Shown piece after piece: positions 47,354 through 53,786 of a stretch of DNA of 53,786 nucleotides. The notes under the pieces are model-generated. The model saw only the letters and a program-made list of their open reading frames with translations, was not told the DNA's origin and made no database searches. How positions within the stretch are numbered: the first letter of the stretch is position 1; each line of letters begins with the position of its first letter. A program made the translations under genes and the position numbers. The stretch comes from an uncultured archaeon (GTDB lineage: Archaea > Thermoplasmatota > Penumbrarchaeia > JASLWR01): the NCBI GenBank assembly GCA_964342815.1, contig CAYFHS010000018.1:11631-65416 (forward strand). The letters run 5' to 3'.

Positions 47354-47863
47354 TTAATAAATAACTTCTAGGGTTACGAATGATTCCGAATTGATGATTA
47401 GATGGGTCAATCGAATCTTGTAATCACCTTCGCCTAGCGGAAGGGGGCCGTTGAATTCCTTGTTGGTTGCAAGACAATCCAATTTTATGAATTGCTTGGA
47501 TTCACCCTTTACCTGATACCATACCAATTCGGCATTTGTATCCCCAGTATTATCTTTATTGAGAGGTAGGATATTATCACCGATGTTGATAAACTCGATA
47601 GATGCCATAAAGCGATTTCGGAAAGAAACTGTCACTGTATCCGAAGATGTATTACCAGCCCCATTGACAGAGTTAATTTTCGAAACCAATTTATCCATTT
47701 CCATTTCGATATCCAGTTTCATCTGGTATTCCTGATATTCGTTGAGACCGGCAAAAACTCCGGGAATGGTTACTGCCATCAGTATAGCAATTATAAACAA
47801 TTTCATCGGGAGCTCAATAGAACCGTCTTTATCCTGATATAAAATCCTACGTACTCGTGTCAT
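47354..47863 (-). CDS. Pilin-like protein with class III-like signal peptide
   Basis: Basic leader RVRR..DKDG|SIELP, then a hydrophobic helix and amphipathic helix; beta-rich head. Confidence 0.55.
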   Translation of the reverse strand: MTRVRRILYQDKDGSIELPMKLFIIAILMAVTIPGVFAGLNEYQEYQMKLDIEMEMDKLVSKINSVNGAGNTSSDTVTVSFRNRFMASIEFINIGDNILPLNKDNTGDTNAELVWYQVKGESKQFIKLDCLATNKEFNGPLPLGEGDYKIRLTHLIINSESFVTLEVIY

Positions 47864-47895
47864 TTACATCACAAAAAAAGATAATCACGCTTAAT

Positions 47896-48399
47896 TTATC
47901 CTCTAACTACCAGGATGTTGCCTGTATAAGATGTGAAATCCTTTTTTTCACAAGTGACTTCTACAGCCCCGGTAGCTGTATTTGGGGCAAGTGTAACTTC
48001 CAGATTGTTAAATGTGACGGTCCCGTCGGCGGCAGTGGTCAATGGTAACACGTTCTCGGTACCACTACCTCTCAATGAAACTACTGCCCCAACCACTTTA
48101 CTGTTACCTGCCCAAACAGTAATAACAAGATTGACATTTGCGGAAGCTGGTTGATAGATATCGGCCCCACCAACAACTGTTACCGTTATTTTATCTGGAA
48201 CAGGTTGCCCGGAATTTACACTGATTTTATCGATTGTGTCCGGAGCATCTCCAATTAGAGATAGCCAGGCCATTATGATCCCCAGGGCCACCACCGTAAC
48301 GATTATGACGATAAAGAGATACAGGGGCATTCCCAGTATATCTGCACTGCGATCTTTTGATAATCTTCTTCGCGATCTATTTTTAATCATATCTACCAC
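47896..48399 (-). CDS. Pilin-like protein with class III-like signal peptide and Ig/carboxypeptidase-regulatory-like domain
   Basis: RRRLSKDRSA|DILGMPL, TM helix; V.GAVV.L.G...TT..DG.V.F motif. Confidence 0.55.
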   Translation of the reverse strand: MVDMIKNRSRRRLSKDRSADILGMPLYLFIVIIVTVVALGIIMAWLSLIGDAPDTIDKISVNSGQPVPDKITVTVVGGADIYQPASANVNLVITVWAGNSKVVGAVVSLRGSGTENVLPLTTAADGTVTFNNLEVTLAPNTATGAVEVTCEKKDFTSYTGNILVVRG

Positions 48400-48577
48400 T
48401 CTTCGTATTATGAGATTTCTGGTATATATAATTTGTCAGTTTCAAATATTTCTGGTTACGGACTTAAATAATACCTTCAGTTGCCAAATGTCGGTAGTGA
48501 CAAATTCATTCAATCTCCCTTTCCGCACTTGAACTCTCGACCAAAAATAGTTATATACTCGAATAAATTACATTAGA

Positions 48578-50824
48578 ATGATGTTGAAGCAAGCGAAGTT
48601 CGGCCTCACCGGTATAATCGTGCTTTTCATAGTACTGCTCGCGATCCCGACCACAGTTTCGAACACGGACTCGAATATTGAAGTATCCCCATACGAAAGA
48701 AAAAGTCCAAGCACGAAACGGGCGGAAAATCTATCTTGCACAGTTCACCTAAGCAATACGATCCTTAGATCAGGCGGAAGCGCTCAGCTAAATGTTACAG
48801 TCACCAAAGGGTTGTTACCCATGTATAACGTAGCTGTGGTGTTTAGCTGTACGGCAGGTACTTTCGATCACTATAACGGCACCACCAATATTTCAGGTCA
48901 GATATCACTAAATTATACCGCCCCGACACTTAACATAACGACGGAAATTACGTTATTTATAGTAGCAAACCGGACCGAACCAGATGAGGTCCGATCGAAT
49001 ATTACAGTAAAAGTGCTATCGGAAATCGATTTTCTCTCCCCATGGGTCGTGTCCACAGCTCCGGGGAATAATTCCGCCAATGTCAGTATAGAAACCAACT
49101 TAACGATTGAGTTCTCGGAAAGTATGAATGAAAGCTCTCTAATAAAAGCACTTTCTGTATCTCCTCATTTCGAATATGAATTGAAATGGCAGGGTGATAA
49201 TTTAACAATAAAACCACTGTCCTTTCTTTCGTACGATTTAAGCTATCGATTTGATCTGTCATCCCTTTGCACTGACCTGTACGGAAATTCACTTCGAGAA
49301 TTTTCGGCAGCTTTTACTACAGAGAAATTAGTTATTCCGTTACGCAAGTTAAACGTTACTATAGACCATTCGCAGTATTCTTACAGTGGTGAGTATCAAA
49401 CTATAACCCTTAACGTTAACAACGGCTCAAATCCCATGGCAAATGTTTCAATTACAGTTATTGTACTGGAAGGGAATATTTCCTCTATGGGAGGATTTTC
49501 CGATTCAGATGGAAATTTCTCATTTATCCATACTTCACCTATTGTTACCACACCCATAATCGACTATATTTTCATTAATATTACCATTGTGGATTTCGAG
49601 GATTTCCGGACCATGCTTATGATCAATGTAACCCCTCGTACTGAGCATTTGATAAGTCAAAAACTGGCATTGGAGGACGGGACCGTTGTTGAAGGATACG
49701 GTATGGCGAACGGAACAGTAATATTAATGCTTGAGGAAGGTATTAATCCTACACCGCTTTCAGCCGGCTTCATGGACATATTCGTGAATGTCTCGAGCCA
49801 TGGTCAAGGCGAGCTCACATGGCTGAATTTGAGTGTAAGATATCTCTTTATTCCGAAAGACCTTGATAAGCAGGATATTGCAATTTATTACCTTTACAGC
49901 CTCGCCGGCCCCTGGTTGAAATGTATGCGAACCGGCAGCTTCCCATCGAAGAACATAGTCTGGACGAATATATCACTTCTAAATGCCGATTATCCACTGA
50001 CCGTGGCACCTCGTGCAAAGAGCTCTGCAACACAGGTAAAGGCAAGCATCACGGGCATGGTAACGGATCAAGCAGGCCGAGGACTCTCAGACGTTTCTGT
50101 GGGATTATATCGAACCGGTGTCAATATTCGTACGGTTAAAACCTCCGACAATGGTTCGTATTTTATTGACGACCTTGAAACCGGTGCTTACGAGATTAGG
50201 GTCGATGAAACGGGATACGAACCAGTTTCATTATTGGATCGAATCGTGATCGCAGGGGCAAATTCATTTGATGTTTCTCTGGAAAAGAAGCATACCCCTG
50301 CCAGCGGTGAAATTAAAGCAGAAAATGAGGGTTATGGAGTTTATATGGTCTTTTTGATATTATTTCTGGTCCTGATCATCGTAATAATCATAAAAATGTA
50401 TTTCATACGGGGGATGAAAAGGGATCGACCTATTGATAGAAAGGATTTGAAAGAATTCTATTATAAGCCAGGCAGCATCGGGACCGATATACCAAAAAAA
50501 CATAAAACGAGAAAAACCTGGCCCATAGAATACCCCGAGCGGGGGAAGCAGGAGAAGGGAGAATACGAATGCCCGGTATGCGGCAGCGGGGTTTCCCAGA
50601 ATACCAACTCATGCCCAGTATGCAAAGCCACTTTCGTAGATGGTGAATTCGTGTGTCCCGACTGTGGCATCCCTTTATCTGCTGAAGACTCGAATTGTAG
50701 GATATGCGGGACCATCTTTGGAGAAGGGACAAGCAGAGAATGGAAATCGGCAAATGATAAAGATCGGATCGCATCGGCAGGAGTTATCGAAGATTTCATC
50801 GTCGAAAAAGAATGGGACCGCTAA
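48578..50824 (+). CDS. Secreted Ig-like (Big_5-type) and carboxypeptidase-regulatory-like domain protein with TM and cytoplasmic double zinc ribbon
   Basis: P.VVST.P.N....V..ETNLTI.FSE.MN; G.VTD..G..L..V.V; four CxxC after the TM. Confidence 0.8.
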   Translation: MMLKQAKFGLTGIIVLFIVLLAIPTTVSNTDSNIEVSPYERKSPSTKRAENLSCTVHLSNTILRSGGSAQLNVTVTKGLLPMYNVAVVFSCTAGTFDHYNGTTNISGQISLNYTAPTLNITTEITLFIVANRTEPDEVRSNITVKVLSEIDFLSPWVVSTAPGNNSANVSIETNLTIEFSESMNESSLIKALSVSPHFEYELKWQGDNLTIKPLSFLSYDLSYRFDLSSLCTDLYGNSLREFSAAFTTEKLVIPLRKLNVTIDHSQYSYSGEYQTITLNVNNGSNPMANVSITVIVLEGNISSMGGFSDSDGNFSFIHTSPIVTTPIIDYIFINITIVDFEDFRTMLMINVTPRTEHLISQKLALEDGTVVEGYGMANGTVILMLEEGINPTPLSAGFMDIFVNVSSHGQGELTWLNLSVRYLFIPKDLDKQDIAIYYLYSLAGPWLKCMRTGSFPSKNIVWTNISLLNADYPLTVAPRAKSSATQVKASITGMVTDQAGRGLSDVSVGLYRTGVNIRTVKTSDNGSYFIDDLETGAYEIRVDETGYEPVSLLDRIVIAGANSFDVSLEKKHTPASGEIKAENEGYGVYMVFLILFLVLIIVIIIKMYFIRGMKRDRPIDRKDLKEFYYKPGSIGTDIPKKHKTRKTWPIEYPERGKQEKGEYECPVCGSGVSQNTNSCPVCKATFVDGEFVCPDCGIPLSAEDSNCRICGTIFGEGTSREWKSANDKDRIASAGVIEDFIVEKEWDR

Positions 50825-50944
50825 TTGACCGGGTGAGAAGATTTCCATATAGAAGTTATGTTCCCTGGAAGTCATATGGCAAGATTTATAAACCTTGGTG
50901 AAGAATTATTAAATGTCCCAAGCGAATCCGATTGGTGTGAATAA

Positions 50945-51493
50945 ATGATAAAAAGAAGCTCGTTGTGGATCATTCTTATTACGATATTAATCGCGGGTTC
51001 GACCGGATGTATAGATACAGAGCTTATGGATGCTGTGTTACCGCATTATGAAGAAGAGCTTCCAAATTACATCATTACTGAGAAGATATCCCTTTCTTAT
51101 CAATTCAACACATCCATTCCCGGAACTCCGGCTCAATTGAGATACGATCCCAATCCCCTGGAATTCCGTATTCTCGATGATACTCCCTGGATGAAAATTG
51201 AGATCACGGTCAACCTGGACAAGAACGACCTTCTTCAAGAATTACTGGAGATCCTTGGAGTTAACCTCAATCTAACCAGGCATGTGAATATTATAATAAC
51301 AGACCCGAAAAGTAAGGTATGGTATGTTAGAGATTTCTATGACACCGAAACCCCTGAGCCGGAATTGCTGTTCTCTCCGCAGCCGGGCATCTGGACCGTG
51401 GATGTGGAAGCAAAGGGAATCGGTGGAGAGATCGAGGGGTTTCAGGTCTACGACGGATTTGAAATTAAGATATTCACCTATGAGCCCACTTGA
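50945..51493 (+). CDS. Hypothetical lipoprotein
   Basis: Signal peptide ending IAGSTGC; beta-rich body with a PGIWTV.V motif. Confidence 0.7.
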   Translation: MIKRSSLWIILITILIAGSTGCIDTELMDAVLPHYEEELPNYIITEKISLSYQFNTSIPGTPAQLRYDPNPLEFRILDDTPWMKIEITVNLDKNDLLQELLEILGVNLNLTRHVNIIITDPKSKVWYVRDFYDTETPEPELLFSPQPGIWTVDVEAKGIGGEIEGFQVYDGFEIKIFTYEPT

Positions 51494-51517
51494 CGTTTTT
51501 CACCGAGAGATGAGTCC

Positions 51518-52057
51518 ATGTGCCACCCTGCGGGAGACGAGAAAAGAAAACGGAAAAGAAAATTGAGGGTTGTCAGACCATCTCCAGAATCGTTCGGAAA
51601 ACGGTTCGGAACAAAAAAGACAGAAAACGCTTCTAACGAAGAGAATGAAACATCACCACTAAGTGAGAAAGATAATAAAAAATTACTCGAACTGCAGGCT
51701 GGTTGGATAAAGAAACTTACAACCAAGGGTGAAATGACGTCTTTTGATTTCTCCCTTGAAGGAACATCCTCCCCCGGATCGGATGTATCTCTTCAGAACT
51801 CTGTCCAAAAAGGATCGCATTCGAAAAAACAATCCGAAACCCTTGTCGAATTACTACCTCGAGATGATTCTGTCAAAGACGAAATCCCGGATGAGATCCG
51901 TTCGAGATATGAGAGAATGGTATCGGAAATTCACTGCTTTTTGGATTCCCACAATGATGATTTGAAAAGGATGTTTGAGCATCATATAAAAAAGATCCTG
52001 ATGGAAATTCATGATGAATTTCGAACGACCATTGAAGAAAAGGAAAGCGATGATTAG
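51518..52057 (+). CDS. Hypothetical protein
   Basis: Charged ORF with C-terminal helical segment, co-oriented with neighbours. Confidence 0.55.
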   Translation: MCHPAGDEKRKRKRKLRVVRPSPESFGKRFGTKKTENASNEENETSPLSEKDNKKLLELQAGWIKKLTTKGEMTSFDFSLEGTSSPGSDVSLQNSVQKGSHSKKQSETLVELLPRDDSVKDEIPDEIRSRYERMVSEIHCFLDSHNDDLKRMFEHHIKKILMEIHDEFRTTIEEKESDD

Positions 52058-52205
52058 GATTCTCTCCACGATCACCAAGTTGGACTAATGCAAATAATTG
52101 ATAACTTTGTATCAACAAATACCGATATTGTTATATAAAGAAAATCCATTAGAGGGGAGGAACGGATATTCCTGTAAGAAAAATAATTCATGTAGAGGTA
52201 TGTAA

Positions 52206-52667
52206 ATGGCGAAAAAGAAGGTTATTAAAAAGAGCGTGCCAACAGGTGCGATGAAGGATGCTTCCCAGATGAGGGTCAAGGACCTTGTTATCACGGATGA
52301 GTTCAAAAAGATAACACAAAGTTCCTCCGGAAAGGAGGCTGCCGGACAATTAATGGCGATTCCCCGTGGTGTGGTACTCGCCATTGACGATGCAGGTAGC
52401 GTTAAAGGTGTTCTCACAGCGAGAGAATTCTTGAAGGCCATCGTGGACGGAAAGAATCCCACAGATACGGCTGTAACCGATATGATGAACACAGATGTCA
52501 TGGAAATCCCTTACGATTCGCTTCTGGATGATGTGGTACCTGAAGTTACAAAGAGAGATCCCTATGCCGTAGTGGTGGTGGATGCCGATGGTATATTCAA
52601 GGGTTATTTCTCCCCCAAGGATTACCAGGAAGCATTGGCCAGGATCAATTATCGAAGGTCAAGATAA
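52206..52667 (+). CDS. CBS-domain pair protein
   Basis: V.D......G.VKGVLT.REFL, V.DMMNTDV, VVVD.DG.F.G.FS..D. Confidence 0.85.
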   Translation: MAKKKVIKKSVPTGAMKDASQMRVKDLVITDEFKKITQSSSGKEAAGQLMAIPRGVVLAIDDAGSVKGVLTAREFLKAIVDGKNPTDTAVTDMMNTDVMEIPYDSLLDDVVPEVTKRDPYAVVVVDADGIFKGYFSPKDYQEALARINYRRSR

Positions 52668-52889
52668 TACTAGATTACTCCTGCATTGCAGAAGCGGTCT
52701 TTGTGTTTAGGAGATAAATTCCAAACACAAAAGATTATATCGGGGATCCACCCATCGTTCATGCGGTGCATGGGATGTAAATACTTGAATCTAACCTGTC
52801 GGACGATGTCTCTATGGCCGAACAATATTTCAAGTTGAGATTTTCGACGTCAGGTTAGTTCTTACAATAACTTACCGGGGGTAAGCAGA

Positions 52890-53519
52890 ATGAGTAAAAT
52901 AAACATAGAAGATGAGACAATTTATATTGGTGATGTTTGGAAATCGACCGAAATGTTGAAGGAAGATATCAAAGGAAAAATAGAAATCGGAAACTTCGAT
53001 ATTACGGATGAAGCAGTTGCGCTTAAGCAACTCACCTCAGCAATGCTTCTCTACACCAAGATAGAATTGAAACTCCCGAACGATTTCATTGCAGCAAGCA
53101 GGGAAAATGCTGAAGGGAATAACATTTCATTCGAGGAATACCTGCGTATAAAGCTCTCGGACAGCTCCGGTGAAGCGGAAAAACCCGAGGAAGAAGAGGA
53201 GGCTGCTGAGGAAGAGGACGAAGAAGAAGCGGAGGAGGAGGAAGCAGTAGAGGAAGAAGAGGAAGCTGCTGAGGAAGAGGATGAAGAAGGAGCGGAAGAA
53301 GAAGATGAGGAAGAAGAAGAGGAGGAGGAAGAAAGCCAAGATGAGGAAGAAAAGGGTGCTAAACCCGATTGGGACAACGAGGAGGAGACCGCCGTTCCTC
53401 AGCAAATCGTGAAGGTGAGGTGTCATAACTGCAAAAAACCCATCACTATAACATCATCCGAGAGACCCATCACCGTGACCTGCCCCAACTGTGGAGCAAA
53501 GGGACGGTTAGAGCAATAA
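52890..53519 (+). CDS. Hypothetical protein with long poly-Glu tract and C-terminal zinc ribbon
   Basis: E-rich tract about 53180-53350; CHNC...CPNC. Confidence 0.8.
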   Translation: MSKINIEDETIYIGDVWKSTEMLKEDIKGKIEIGNFDITDEAVALKQLTSAMLLYTKIELKLPNDFIAASRENAEGNNISFEEYLRIKLSDSSGEAEKPEEEEEAAEEEDEEEAEEEEAVEEEEEAAEEEDEEGAEEEDEEEEEEEEESQDEEEKGAKPDWDNEEETAVPQQIVKVRCHNCKKPITITSSERPITVTCPNCGAKGRLEQ

Positions 53520-53786
53520 TGGAGTGTGTCGACTTGTCAGAAAAATATTACCCGCCTCCCTACGGGCATCAGCAAAGCCAGGAACAAACAGCACTATCAC
53601 AGGGTCAGTACCCACCTCCCTACGGGCATCAGCAAACCCAAGAACAATCGGCACTACCACAGGGTCAACACCCACCTCCCTACGGACAGCAGCAAACCCA
53701 GGAACAATCGGCACTATCACAGGGTCAACATCCACCTCCCTACGGACAGCAGCAAACCCAGGAACAATCGGCACTATCACAGGGTC
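53519..53786 (+). CDS. Partial CDS running off the window, with 20-aa (Y/H)PPPYG...Q-rich repeats; start may be TTG 53534
   Basis: Open plus-strand frame MECVDLSEKYYPPPYGHQQSQEQTALSQGQYPPPYG...; GGAGTG upstream of TTG; absent from the track because it has no stop in the window. Confidence 0.75.
   Translation, partial: MECVDLSEKYYPPPYGHQQSQEQTALSQGQYPPPYGHQQTQEQSALPQGQHPPPYGQQQTQEQSALSQGQHPPPYGQQQTQEQSALSQG
53549..53786 (+). repeat. 60-bp coding tandem repeat, about 4 units
   Basis: Units start at 53549, 53609, 53669 and 53729. Confidence 0.95.

Noticed and set aside
52789-52861. Canonical attC site
   Set aside because: The right box GTTAGTT breaks GTTRRRY, pairing runs straight out of the R box with no unpaired spacer or L boxes, and no complementary cassette start was found.
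53508-53780. 90-aa minus-strand repeat ORF in the track
   Set aside because: It is the antisense shadow of the plus-strand PPPYG-repeat gene.
1-53786. tRNA, rRNA, transposase or integrase genes
   Set aside because: No cloverleaf with T/D-loop consensus, no rRNA-like sequence, and no DDE, HUH or tyrosine/serine recombinase motifs were recognised by eye. A tRNAscan-SE or HMM run would be needed to exclude them fully.

Overview
Archaeal chromosomal window, most likely Thermoplasmatota. Support for this is aTrm56 beside a free HD protein, a DUF106-cmk-cbf5 block, an HTH/CTP-dependent riboflavin kinase and many Ig/TSP3/zinc-ribbon surface proteins; this placement is inference from gene content. 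About 40 protein genes are supported. Housekeeping genes: alanine aminotransferase, trm56, cbf5/truB, cmk, ribK, taw2, XPD, ogg, grpE, two SHMTs (one fused to GcvT) and gcvH. Large secreted or membrane proteins: PQQ propeller, FtsX permease, IPT/Ig protein, FKBP-TSP3, subtilisin, beta-propeller and pilin-like pair. No rRNA, tRNA, CRISPR array, transposase or integrase is visible. The most unusual stretch is 14.5-20 kb. It holds a DUF4258 / Zn-finger-AbrB toxin-antitoxin-like pair inside what looks like a solitary integron-type gene cassette, with an attC-like site at 15969-16090, a complementary core GTTATGC at 14742 and long interrupted inverted arms. It also holds a 63-bp dispersed repeat flanking cbf5-cmk-DUF106 in inverted orientation, and a hairpin-dense non-coding region with a partial second copy at 8.8 kb. 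Other oddities are a probable ACG start for cbf5, an in-frame TGA in a metallo-hydrolase, DUF106 fused to helical repeats and a GrpE with charged low-complexity arms. All family assignments come from motif recognition by eye; no database search was run.
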